Assembly: GCA_036172245.1 (NCBI GenBank)
Contig: JAYWIR010000010.1
Span: 3,782,001 to 3,846,000, forward strand
Direction: 5' to 3'
Length of the DNA stretch: 64,000 nt
Source of the DNA: Raillietiella orientalis
Lineage: Eukaryota
The translations under genes and the position numbers were made by a program. This document shows, piece after piece, positions 28,009-40,895 of this stretch. The notes beneath the pieces were generated by a model. It was not told where the DNA came from, made no database searches, and saw only the letters and a program-made list of their open reading frames with translations. How positions within the stretch are numbered: position 1 is the stretch's first letter; each line of letters starts with the position of its first letter.

Positions 28009-29014
28009 CTATTTTCCATGGGATGCCTTGCAGTGACGTGAAGATCTGAAAGATAAAGTCATCATGAGTGAATCCAGATAGATTACATGTTGGCCAACGG
28101 GATGGATATTGACCTCACCACCCTGCACCCGTTACCTGGACCTCTCATGCATATATGTGGCCTTTGACTGGAAAGATGGCTTGAATCTAATATGAGAGAT
28201 CTATCAAGCAGACATCTATTGCACTCACTGGCTGCTCTTCCTATCAGACTTTTTGGTCATCTCAGAATCATTTTCCCAGCTACTCAGATCATATTTGGAC
28301 AAATCAGCATCATCATCTTCATCCTGCTTTACATATTCATCATTGTTTTGATTTGTGGCCATGTATACCTCTTCATCATCCTCTTCTCTCAGTTTTACCT
28401 CCTTTTCATCTCCTCTACCCCTGAATTCCTTCTTAATTCTTCCAAACTGAAAATGCACGAAATATAAGGAAACCCATTAATAATTAACTTACTTCATCAT
28501 ATTCATCTTCACTGTCTTCCCGCTGAATGTACTCAATTTCTTCCCTTTCATTGTACCCACCTCCATATCCTGTTCTTTCCTCTGTTTCCTGAAATTTGGG
28601 TGCATTGCAAATATTGCATTGGTTCCTGCGAGCCCAGTTAATGTTTCCACACCTGAGAAACAATTTTCCAAATTAAATTTTTCTGTTTTCTGAATACTTA
28701 GGACACTGCCAGTCTTCAGCAGAGAATAATCCGCCACTCTTCTCTGCTGCATTTTTTCCGATTTCGGTGCCCATCTTCCTTTTTTTTGAAGATTCACCTT
28801 TTTCTGTACAACTTACAGTACTTTGTAACAAAATACAACTAACCTCTGCCACATTTATTGCATTCTACTCTCCTGGCAAAATTAATATTCCCACATCTAA
28901 GAAAAGCCACATTCATGCATAAGTGCTGAATTGGATCCTCATGAATACTTACTGTGGATCCTCACACACCCAGTCACCTTCTCCAATACGGAAATTTCTT
29001 TTGCGTTTTGACAT
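28009..29014 (-). CDS. ZRANB2: Zinc finger RanBP2-type splicing factor ZRANB2; 8 predicted exons, about 213 aa
   Basis: Exons 29014-28953, 28896-28844, 28803-28698, 28652-28493, 28446-28369, 28323-28229, 28186-28136, 28045-28009. They give [37 protein letters not shown]...GTEIGKNAAEKSGGLFSAEDWQCPKCGNINWARRNQCNICNAPK..EERTGYGGGYNERE..DEYDEFGR..DDADLSKYDL. Minus-strand AATAAA at 27954-27959. The last two exons are less certain. Confidence 0.92.
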
Positions 29015-31354
29015 GAATGACTAAATTGTTATACATACAACTCTTACATATCACAAAACTCCATGATCATGCTAATAAATAATTTAATTGATTACTAAAC
29101 CAAATACCTGACTCCAATTCAAATAAAACTAACTTTATCACCTTTGATGCCTTGTTTCATACATTTAATACCGTCCTGGGAGTCAAAACAAATCATCTGT
29201 AATTGCACGACAACCTTCAGCTTCGCAAAAATTATTTATTAAAACACAGTAGGCGATCTCCAAACAATTACACGGATTGCGCATATTATATTGAGATACA
29301 AGGCATTAATACAATAGAGGAAAATATCCTTACAATCCGAACAATTTCATAAGATGGTCGTAGCAGTGCATTCAAAACCATTTGTCTGAAAACACTTAAA
29401 TCTCGATTTACATGCAAAATCTTATAGCATCGCCATGGGCTTTTTTATTTTGAAATGGCATGAGAATCTTATGACTATAGTATTCCTGCATGACCCTTTT
29501 TTACGATACAACAGTCTCATATTTTTATTTGTTTCACAGCAAGATTCAGGAGAGCCATTTCTCATTTGAGATAAACTAAAAAAAGTGAATTTCCAATTTT
29601 ATCAAAGACTTCAGTTTCACAGAAATAAATCCGTAAAATGGAAAATGGCTAAATTCTACCATTAATTAATAAACAGAGTTAATTTGCTTTTGTTTCATGC
29701 TTAATTATTTTAAAATTTTGAAAAGAATTCTGTCAACGTTGCTTACAAGTATTACTAAAATTGACTTTCTCTCAGTTTTCATTTTTTCAATCTATTTACA
29801 TGTACCATTTGTAGAAAAAATCCAGTATTTTTAAGTCATGAGCCGATATTCACGATCATTTATGCTATAGTGACAGTGAAATAAAACATCATGTAAACTG
29901 AGAATTCATTTCTCATTCAACTATTTGTGATAAAAATAGTGAAATCTGAAGTTTCGTACGAAGATTGCTAGGGGTTAGAAAACAGTTATCAATACTTTTA
30001 ACAATCGTATTCCTCATAAAAAGTTTTAGGTTTACTACATAAGTCTCAAAAAGGACACACAAGTTTTTGTGACTAAGATACAAATATTTTCAACGACAAA
30101 TTTGTAACTTCCTACTTCACAATCCGTCAACATGCTAACTTGATTATCCAGAGAAGAATTTTACACTACCTTTTATGAAATACTACCCAACTACCTTTTT
30201 ATTAAATTTATTTGTGAAATGACATGCGAATGGAAGATGTATTTTATCAAATACGTATAGCATAGTGTGGACAACAAAAAATTACTTTAAATATGAACTG
30301 AGAGAACATATGGATTAAGAAATATCTACAAAAGCAATCTAAGATATATTTACAAATTCTTGAGAACAGTTATTTTTACACTCAGTATTATTAGTTCACT
30401 TAGGTTAGCTGGAGTCGATCAAGAAAGCCTTTTTAACTGACACAACTCATAAGCTTCAATTAAATTAGGATTAGCAAATCATGCAATAAATTAACTATGC
30501 AGACTTTATTTTTAATTTACCTAAGTAAAAGCAAGTGCTGTAATGTTGCAGTGTGACACAAAAATTCTATAAAAAAATTGGTAGCCCACTAATGAAATTG
30601 GCTATTTTCGAGTGCACAACATGCTTTCTTTTTACTCTTCTAAAAATATGAAACCGATAGATACGGTTTTCTAAATTTCTTAATCTTTACACTTAAATTT
30701 GTTAGAATATACAATTTTAGCACCATTCAAAACACATATATTTGCCTTATTGTGTTTCTCAAAATTCATCAACGTATAATGATTCCGAGGAGTTTAGATT
30801 TTTCTAACAATTATATTAATATAATAAAAATTATCTGAGTATGTCTTATGTGATCTTCAACTCATTTTCCTTACAATGCGCTCCATTTCACGGAAAAACG
30901 GTTCATCTAGTCACTATAAAGTTCAATTTTCATGTTATAATTACTTGCTTTAAATAAGTAATTTATATAGTAATAAAACACATTCCTGCTTGTTTTTCCA
31001 TATTCATTCACACTTTATTTTGAAACCATTCTCTTATTCATTCTTTAAGGAATTTTATAATTTATTTACTATTGTATTAAAATATAATATTCAAAAAAAT
31101 AGAATGAAAGGGTTAATGGAAGTCAATTACCGTCTGAGTTATTTTGATTTAAGATTCCCAATTACTTCAGACTCCGCTGAGAACTCTATCAATTCTATTA
31201 TTTTTAAAATGATATGTCATTATTATGAATGATAAATTATTTATTAAACATTGGTTTAATTGACTAAAACATATTTATCTATTTGTTTGTCATATTTTCA
31301 TTTTTTGCATTGATAGTACTGAATATGACGTTTAATGACCTCATTCTCTTCTAA

Positions 31355-31404
31355 CCAATAAGATAAAAGATGCCAATCTTTGAATGTGGAAGATGCGATT
31401 TGAA
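31355..31404 (+). promoter_or_regulatory. Candidate CCAAT + CHR (TTTGAA) cell-cycle promoter motifs upstream of KIF18
   Basis: CCAAT at 31355 and 31373, TTTGAA at 31379 and 31399, about 400 nt upstream of the ATG. The AT-rich background makes chance matches plausible. Confidence 0.3.
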
Positions 31405-31804
31405 TATGCTAGCAAATGGAGCTGTCAACACAGAAAGTACAAATTAAATTGATATGACTACAGACGTAGTGGTGTGTATATTTCTAGTTACTTTCATTCA
31501 TTCTACTTTGCATGTAGCTTTCCAGAGCTGACAATTTGATTTCGAGCATAGTTGCAAAGGTATCGTGTTTCATCCGAGGATTGTAAAATTGCAAAGTCTA
31601 TGAGACTCCTGTAACATAATTCGGTTTAATTTATTGCAGTCTAATATGTAACAAAGTGCTAAATTTTTCACACATCCCAAATTTTGAACATTTTTCGAAT
31701 TGTGTTTGGTTTTTGGAGTTGTTTTCATTTTAATTTGACTGACTGCAGAGCAAGGATATTTCTTGTTCCAAATAAGGAAATTCGAAAGTGTCACTAAATG
31801 TAAA

Positions 31805-34800
31805 ATGCCTGCCAGAAGTAGCATTGCATTCTCCACACCACGAAAAAATCAGTTGAGATCTACGTTTAAAAGAACTTGTACATCATCAGCGAAGAATAGA
31901 GGTGAAACAGAGGCTGGTGCCAACATAAAAGTAGTTATACGTGTAAGGCCTGAGAATGAAAAAGAAATTAAACAGTCTTTGAAGTAAGTAACGAATTTAT
32001 CAATTCCTATATTTTCTTTCAACAGAAGTGTGGTTAAAACTGTTGATAATCATATGCTCATATTTGATCCCAAACAAGAGGAAGATGCCTTTTTCTACAA
32101 AGGTGCAAAACAAAAATTTCGAGATTACGCCAAAAAAGCATGCAAAGATGTAACATTTCTTTTTGACTCGGTTTTTAGTAAGGAAGCCACGAATGAGCAA
32201 GTATTTGTTGAAGCAACTAAAGATGTTGTTGATGCAGTGTTGGATGGTTATAACTGCTGTGGTATGTATCTGTAATAGAAATTTATAAGGATTTTTCTAT
32301 AATATTTTACGGTCATGTTATTTACAACTTTGTATTTGCTTGTAGTTTTTGCCTATGGAGCAACTGGCTCTGGAAAAACACATACAATGTTAGGCTCTGA
32401 CACAGAGCCAGGAATTATATTTCTGACAGTAATGGACCTTTATCACAAAATTTCTTTATCGTCTGATGTTGAATTCGAAATAAGGACTTCTTATTTGGAA
32501 GTTTATAATGAAACAGTGAAAGACTTATTACAGCCTAATAAAATACTGGAAGTGCGGGAAGATCAGGATCAATTAGTTAATGTTCCTGGATTATCCTTTC
32601 ATAAGGCTGAAGGAGCTGAACAACTCATTACTATGCTAAGAATGGGGAATGAAAATCGGACCCAACATCCAACTGATGCCAATGCACAGTCTTCCAGATC
32701 TCATGCTGTTTTTCAGGTTACTTAATTGAATTTTTAATGACATTTTTTAAAGTTAACTAGGTTCATGTGCGTCAATGTAATAAGAAAGATGGTCTTAACA
32801 CTGTGAAGATGGCAAAGTTATGTTTCATTGATTTAGCTGGATCTGAAAAAGGATCAGCTACACACTTTGGGGGATCCAGATTTCGGGAAGGCAGCAATAT
32901 CAATAAGTCATTGCTAGCATTAGGTACATGCATACTGAGCCATTATTCCTTCACCAATGCTAATTTCAAGGTAACTGTATCAATGCTTTGGCGGATGGTC
33001 AGAAGTTTGTACCATATCGAAATTCTAAACTGACACGTTTATTGAAAGATTCCCTTGGTGGTAATTGTCGGACAGTGATGATTGCTGCTGTTGGTCCATG
33101 TTCTGCTACTTTTGAAGATACACATAATACTTTAAAGTATGCCAATCGAGCTAAGCAGATCAAGTCAAAGGTATTGCATTAACTTTTTTGGACAGCAAAT
33201 CTACTTGATTTTCAGGTTCACAGTAATGTGCTGTCGATGCAGCTTCACTTTTCTCAATATCCTAAGCTGGTTAGTGATCTGCAACAACAGATCCAACGCC
33301 TTCAGGATCATATTCGTACTTTAGAGCAAAGAGTTACGCCACAGTGTTGCAATCTTTGTACACAAACAGAATCAGATGTGTTAAATTTTGATCAAAAGCA
33401 TTTGATGAAAGATGAAGAAACTCAAACTGATTATTGTGAAAACTTCGCTGAAAAGGATTGTTCTACCCTGTCCAATAATAATGTTGAGACTTTAGCAGAT
33501 GTTTCTTGTAATGAGAAGTGTTGTGGGCTAAGACCTGATCATCAGGAAGCATTGCTACACTGTTTTCAAAACCTCTGTGCTGCACATCAGCATTTCCTGA
33601 CCTATGAGAAGCAGCACAAAGAAGCTGAAATGAAAATCTGGCAGAGACAAGCTAATGCAGAAAGAATCAGTCAGATTGGTATCTTTTTAGAGCGATTAGA
33701 ATTGGTAAGTTTCATATCAACTAAACTTTCGTTTATTAAAATTTTTCAGATTTCTGAGAAGGCTCAGAACACCATACAGTCCTTACAAGCCAAAATGATG
33801 CGTATCCATGCCCATCGCCAAGAAGCTTTGAAATTGATCAGAAACAATGAAGAGGCACTTAATAAATTGAAGCATCAATTAGTTACTGATAACACCAGCT
33901 GTAGTCACACGTTGAAGTGGTTCCTTTCTTATCAGCAATTGAAAACTGAACTCCAAGAGCAGCAAATGTGTTTTGCTCACTTTAAACATTTATCAGATTT
34001 GCGTGAAGAGGATACCTATCGGGTAGAACACTTATTGCGTCTGTTGCTGGAGAAAGTGAAGAAGCAACACTTACTACTGAAAGGATCAGATATGCTATCT
34101 AAGCAAGACTTAGATAATTTTCAAAATCTTGTGACTTATGTTGAAGGCAACAAAGTATGCTGGGCTGATCAAGATAAGTGCACTATTCAGAGAGTGCCTG
34201 CCATAAACAGTTTTACATTACCTTTATCCACAATGACTCAGTTCACTCCCCCAAAGGAAATTGAGCTCATTATGAGCTGTCCCAGTAGCCCTCAGTGTTC
34301 TGATCAAGCCAATTCTGAATCTCCAACAAGTGTGTCCACTCCTGTCTCAACTATTTGCAGGCCTCCTACTCCTCTCTATCCTCAGTCTTGTACAGGCTTT
34401 GCTCCTGAGACTCCTACGCATTGTTTTAATCAGACATATTCTACAAGCCCCTCACCATATGCATGTACAATTACTCCATGCAAAGAACCCTCTAGCAGTC
34501 ACTTTGATTTGGAACATTGCACTGAATCATTTCAAAACAGGGCAGGAACATTGTTATTTGAAAGACCAAACAATTTCACAAGTAAAAATATATGTGTTCC
34601 AGAAACACCCCAGTTGAATTGGAAGCAACCATCAGGAAACACAGGTTAGTCCAAAACACTATAAAATAATGTGTAATTGACACCATTTTTAGTTTGCCAC
34701 AAAGATTTCAAATTTGCTGGATCAAAAATATTGAAGGAATCTTTCAACAAAAGTGCATTCTCCAATGTTCGAAATTCAACCAGCATACCAACCATCCATG

Positions 34801-34916
34801 CTAGAAAGAAGTTAATTAAGACAAACAGTGTTCTCATGAAATCTCTCAAGAAAAGCCAAACAAGTATGAATCAAAAGGAAAATCGAATACATAGGACAAG
34901 TTACAAAGTTACGTAA
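31805..34916 (+). CDS. KIF18A: Kinesin-8 (KIF18A/Klp67A-like); 8 exons, about 918 aa
   Basis: Exons 31805-31983, 32026-32261, 32346-32716, 32761-32923, 32971-33170, 33216-33704, 33750-34644, 34693-34916 (2757 nt). Motifs: [24 protein letters not shown], kinesin-8 [67 protein letters not shown] at 35207. Confidence 0.95.
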
Positions 34917-35458
34917 AGGGATATTTCTAAACAGAAATTGCTGAGTAGTCATTGATATGAAGATGCCATGATACTTGCAAAACTCATGGCTTATCCTAGG
35001 TTCTCCAAGACAATCTAGGATAAGCCATCTAGGTTTGCAAGGGAATGCTTAGATGGAGAAATTGTTTTTTCTACTAAATCTTGTTATAAACACATTGAAA
35101 GCTTTTAAGTGATTGATTTATGTTGTTTGTAGTGAAATTACAGACATGAAGAAAGTGAAAGGAGAACAGTCCTTTTTTTGAAAAAAAAATATTTTGAAAG
35201 ATATTTAATAAATTTTACATTTCTTTAGTTAGTAATCAGTTCTTTGGTTACAATATGCAGAAGGATTATGTATGAAGAGTAATGGCAAGGATTAACTCGT
35301 TTGTGGAGACTGCTGCTATCTTTTAGTGCATTTTGTTCTCATGGCTAGGAATTTTAATCATCGAATTCTCCATGGTGAATAGTTGATAACTGCTTTGGAG
35401 GCATCATAAAAGAGCTGAATGAAGACAACTGAGTGCTGCATGTGTTTAGTGCATGAGT

Positions 35459-35495
35459 CTACACTTTGATCTTAGCCAAAAGGCCGAGAAGTGAT
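35459..35495 (-). pseudogene. U2: 3'-truncated U2 snRNA fragment (nt 1-37)
   Basis: The reverse complement ATCACTTCTCGGCCTTTTGGCTAAGATCAAAGTGTAG matches the U2 5' end (ATCGCTTCTCGGCCTTTTGGCTAAGATCAAAGTGTAGTA...) with one mismatch. It lacks the rest of U2, including the Sm site. Confidence 0.92.
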
Positions 35496-36499
35496 TGTTC
35501 TTTTCATGAGTGCATTCTTTGCATGAGTCTATTTTTGGATGAGTGATTGTTCTTTTCATTTGGTGTTTTTGATAAATGAATGAACATTTCTTTCTATCTT
35601 TCTACAAAAAGGGTCATTACAAGAGTTAATTATCTAGAATCTACTAGGAACACTATGCATTGTGCCAAAAGGTGAGGAACTCCTACTCTATAGAGATGGA
35701 ATTGATGGATACATAATGAGGCATTTTCAGTTTCTTCAGTAAAAGATATGTGAAAGGTTGGCATAGCTTTTCAACATTTCTCATGAAGTCCAAAACCAAG
35801 ATAGGAAATTAACTGAAGTTTCATGAAACAAGGCAAAACAAAAATATGAAAATATGTCAGTATTACATCAAAAACAGCTAAAGCATTTGAAGCACGAATA
35901 TTTCCTTGAGCAGAGCATTTACTTTTAATTTATTACCACCAATAGTTGCAAAAATGTAACTATATTTCATATGTGTATTGAATATATGCATTCTTAAACA
36001 AGAGTCCACATATATGTAATCTATGCTTATGTGCAAAATGCATTAGCATGCATTCCAAATGTGTGTTCACATTTAGAATAGAATACCATGTATAATAGAC
36101 TGCACCTGAGTACTATATGAATATGAAAATCTTATGAAGTTTATTCACACACAAAAATAAAAAGGGAATACGTCATGTGTATATATTTTCAGCTTTTGCC
36201 CTTGTGCAATTACGTATCTAATAAAGTACTGTGATCCAACTTTCCTGACATCATTACTAGGCTGTTCAGGTTTTCTTTGAATATATACACGGATCCATTG
36301 TACATTTCTGAGCTTGATAGCGGCCACATTGAGGTCTTTGGTAATCGATTCTCGTTTTTCTTCACTCTCGAAATAAAATTTCTACAATGATTTCATTTAG
36401 CTATTTCAAAAATTGGCAACTGAAAATCCATGTACATGCAGTAAGGGAAGGGAAGGGAGGGCACCAATTTTGCCTCATCATGGTTGTGGATTATGTCGA

Positions 36500-37900
36500 C
36501 TCTCAATATCTATGATTATTGTCCGAAAATCTACATACCACCTCATAGGTATCATTACATTAAATTTACTCTTTTCAGAGTCAAGCGAAACAATTTAAAT
36601 TTCTTGTTGTCGAGCTCCCAGGTAATAACATATTACAGTGGGAGTGATTGGGGATACAAAGACTTTCAACAGAAATCATTTGTCAGAATGATTAGATCAT
36701 TATTAATCACTTCGAGCATATTAGCATGCAACACTGCATTTCATAAAAAAGAATCGAAAAACCTTCGTTCCTAAAACATTCAAAGAATCTATTCCGCATT
36801 TCTAATTCATTTGCTGTTGCACTACTTGAGGAAAAAGCTACGACGTATCATGTCTATTTTAATGTCAATCATGAGCTATGAAATTACTGCAAGTGATGGA
36901 TTTCTACCCTCATACTCCTGTGGGGACTTACGTTTAATTGTACGCAAAACACAACAGAGGTCAACGATCCTCACGATCTTAAATATCAGGGTGTGCACAT
37001 TTACGGCTGTAAGATTTTATGCTGCTCTACATAAGATACGGTATCTTAAATAATGCAGATCTCATGATCAGGATAAAGGCTCGTAATAAAGATTAATTCC
37101 CTTCATTCGGAATCGTATTCGTAGATGTATGTGTATATGCAATACAGCTTCAAATTACGGTCCTTCAGTCGGTTCAAAGGGTTGGCACATTCGAACATCG
37201 TAGCATTTCCGTTTTCGTATCAAACAGTCGATTTGATTCGTATCCAAATTTATTGGCATCATTTCTTGTGGAACCATAGAACTTTTCATACATAAATAAA
37301 TTAATTTTTCGTATTCATAAGTGACAATAAAGATTCAGTTATATTGAAATCATTAAGTAATTAATGGAATTTCAGCAAAGGTGGAATCCCGTAGAAAGAC
37401 AAAGTCGGTAAATATTTTAGTAGAGATGGTGGTGATACCAATATTGGAAAAAGATCCAAAAATTGTGACCAGAAGATACGATCGGAGGGGAAACAAAAAT
37501 CCATCACAAATTATGTAGACAGAGATCACACAAAGCAAGCAGACTGCTAGGAAACAGTTTATAGAAAGGAATCATAGAGCTGAGGACAAAAATTGAAACC
37601 CTAGGACTGCATCCTTTTAGAGGATTGCAACAAATACGAACAAGAATGAAGAGAGTAGAAATGAGTTGAAGCACCATAGTTTTCCAAAATACACTATAAA
37701 TCGCGAAACAATTGCCATCAAATGATTAAAGAAAGAACATGATATCCTCTGCTTTCTTGTGGGAGATCACAGATTTTCATTCTGGAGTGTGAAAGTTTGA
37801 AGGAAGATCGGCTGTAATCCCATAGATAGTCAAAGTCATAGAGGAGATAGTTTTTCTCTTCTCGATCTCAAGAATAAAGCCATATTTCACAGATCTTTCG
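36500..37900 (+). mobile_element. Decayed LINE RT plus C-terminal zinc-knuckle remnant
   Basis: KSYDV (~36833, cf. KAYDxV) and FILECESLKEDR (37776-37811, cf. HFILECxxLxxxR). Confidence 0.35.
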
Positions 37901-40895
37901 TATTGCTGCTGCCAAAGCAAGCGGTTAGATCCTCAATTAGTGAGACTCTGCAGCGATTTAAAAAAAAATATTAACAGGGGAATCAGGTCTGGGTTCACAA
38001 ACATTCTTCTACCTGGATGAGCAAGTTTCATGCTTCATTCTGGAGTCTTGAAGATCTTTTGAAAGTTCACGATTGTCAAGACAAGCCACAAACTATCACC
38101 GGATTCACAGAAACAAAATCCACGAGAAAGAGAAAGGATACAGTCCCAGCAACAGATATAAAAACGGCTGGAACTCGTAGGGCATTATGATGAGATCCAA
38201 GAGGTAAAGAAGAAATCAGAAAAGCATGGTAACAAATGAGTTCAGAAAACACAGTATGCTGGGCAAACCTCATTAGAGCACAGCAAAGTATCCAAGACAA
38301 GAAAACTAGAAACAAAATGAAATGTCATTGACGAAAAACTAAGAATCATTCAGAAAGCCGAGTAGTAGTCCGAGTTACATCCAGCTAGGGGATGCCCTAT
38401 CTAGGACTCAAAATGAAGAAAAAAAAAGCTAGGAAGCATCAGAAGCCATTGATCTGTAATGTCTTTATGATGTAGTATTATCGGTTGTGTTTCTTTTATG
38501 CTGTCACATGTGCTTTAAATCCCATTAGTCTGTTATCGTCAGTCTGTTAAAGTTTCCCAGTTTTGAAGTATTTTATTTCCAATGCTTCTTTGTTCCTGAC
38601 AAATGGCTTTACAAGTGAAAAGCTTTTCATTCTCTCTTTCCGCCTTTTTTTGTTATTTGTTCAAATCATGCAACAATATCTTGGAAAGCTATTAACTGAA
38701 TTATTATGTTAATAAGTTAAATTAAGTTGTTAAGTTGTAGTCGACAAGGTCAATCTGCTAAGGTAGTTTTTTCATCATTTCAACCACAAAACACGTCACT
38801 GTAAGAACTCTTTGGAACTCTCAGATATCCTCCTACCTGTTCGAAATCTCACAATTACTAAGTTCATATAAATTGCTCCTCCAGCTACAGCACCTTTGTT
38901 CTCTAGGTTTGAAAACTGAGGTTATACGAGGTTAAGTTATGTTATAGGTTATATCAAGTGAATTCAAGAAAAGACTAGACAATTCCGGTTCTGTCATGCT
39001 GATATCTCATCTCATGCATTTGAATTTATTGTATTTGATTCGAATTCTCCGACTATTGAATCTGAAGTCTCCGAAAGACCACTAAATCGAGATCAGAATT
39101 CATATCTTAAACTTCAGTCTTAAGTTTGGCATTTTTTAAACATTTAGGCCACACTAACTTAAAAGACTAAACGAGTGGAGTGAGGAATCTGATTCATAAT
39201 ATCAGTTCCTAAAAGATTGAAGTGAGTTGATTAATGGAAATTTCTTGGATTCCTTCAAAACTCTCCATATAGTAAAATCGATCAACATGAATTCTCATGG
39301 AAGTTTCCAACATTGAAAGTGCATAAAAAATAGAATGGAAGCAATAAGCACACGATTATGAAAAAAACATTCAAACTATCAAAAACACTATCAAAACTAT
39401 CAAAAAGTTCAAAGACTACGGATGTCATTTTTTAATCATAAATGAAATTGATCTAATTCATTGAAGGATATATCAGTTCCTTGCAGTAGTCTCATTCAGC
39501 AATGCTTTTTGTCTCTTCGAAGCACACGTAATGTCCATGATCTCATGGTGCAGATCATTAATGTTGTGTTCTTTAAAATTCCTAACTTTTTCCATCATGA
39601 CGTATAGTCGAATCAAAAAATGGTTAGGTACCTTTGAGTGCTTAATACCTGTTATCAATTCTTAATCTTTAATAAAAATCTTATGCCATTGCGCAAGACT
39701 ATTAGTGTTTGGATAGAAGTTTAGCCTTCCTGTGTTTGTTAGTTCTTAGACTCGAACACTATTGTTCTTTATGTGTAATAACTTAAATAAATTATTGTTT
39801 CTTTATGTGTAATTAAGAGAAAAGAAAGGAAAAGAAAGAAAGGAAAGACGTTTCTCAAGGAGTTGAGGAGACAAAGATACAATACATATATTCTCGAGGG
39901 TTTGTACTATGTGTGTTCACATTTAATAAGTTCTAAGAAAAAGGACATCATGGGAAGAAAAAACTTTCAAAGGAACAAAACTCGGAATAACATTACATGG
40001 AAACCTTTTTGTAAACTTATGAGTCTATAGATCTCATAAAGGAAAAGGCATACAGAACATGAAATAAGAAGTCATCAGAGATTCACATCAAGAAATTTGA
40101 ATTTGAGTGAAATTGTATTTATTTTGTAATGCTTGAAAACTGTATTCTTTTAATATCTCAGTTTATTAATGAGTCTTTACTTTAACAAATGATGAAATTC
40201 AGGCGCCAAAATCATTAGACCATCGATGAATATTGAAGATAGCCAAAGTTTCCACAGCTGATTTCGACTCTTGCTTAAAAATTATGTTCAGAAGCTTTCA
40301 ACTGACTTGACTTATGACAAAACTTTGGTTGCTAATGCAGTTCTTCTTTCTCCTATGTTTTCTATACAAAATCTCGTTTTGCTCGAAGGAAATTATTATC
40401 TTAAATATAGTACACCTGCTTCTTTTTTTTCATAATTTTGATTTCCTTTTAATTGAATAGCAGATAAAAATATTCATACCGAAATTCATACATCATAAAA
40501 ATTATACAAATGTGAAATGAGGTTACTTAGTAGAAACTATTGTGAATAAAAGGAATACTGTTTCATACACGCTTGATGAACTATATGAAAAAATCACAAG
40601 TAAATGCATTCAACATAACAGATCCTTTGTGTCACTTATATCCGGATATTTAATTAGTGTAGCATGGGAGAAACGTTAAAATCTCCTGTCGGTAGAAATT
40701 CAATATAAATGTTTAAAATACGGTTCTCGTAAAATTCCTTTTGTATGTGGAGAATTATCTGAATTGAGAGGGGAAAAAAAATTTTTTTTTTGCTATAATG
40801 AAAATTTATGGTTCATTATAAATGGTACTGTTTGCAACATTTCACGAAAACTATAAATTCGAAAGTTCTCATATTTGGTCCAACTATGTACGGCA

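Noticed and set aside
34900..34955. Extra terminal KIF18 intron (34900-34934) giving ...KLLSSH*
   Set aside because: At 35 nt it is below the 39-nt minimum seen here, the donor is weak, and the frame already ends at TAA 34916.
35459..35495. Functional U2 snRNA gene
   Set aside because: Only 37 nt; no Sm site, 3' stem-loops or recognisable PSE.
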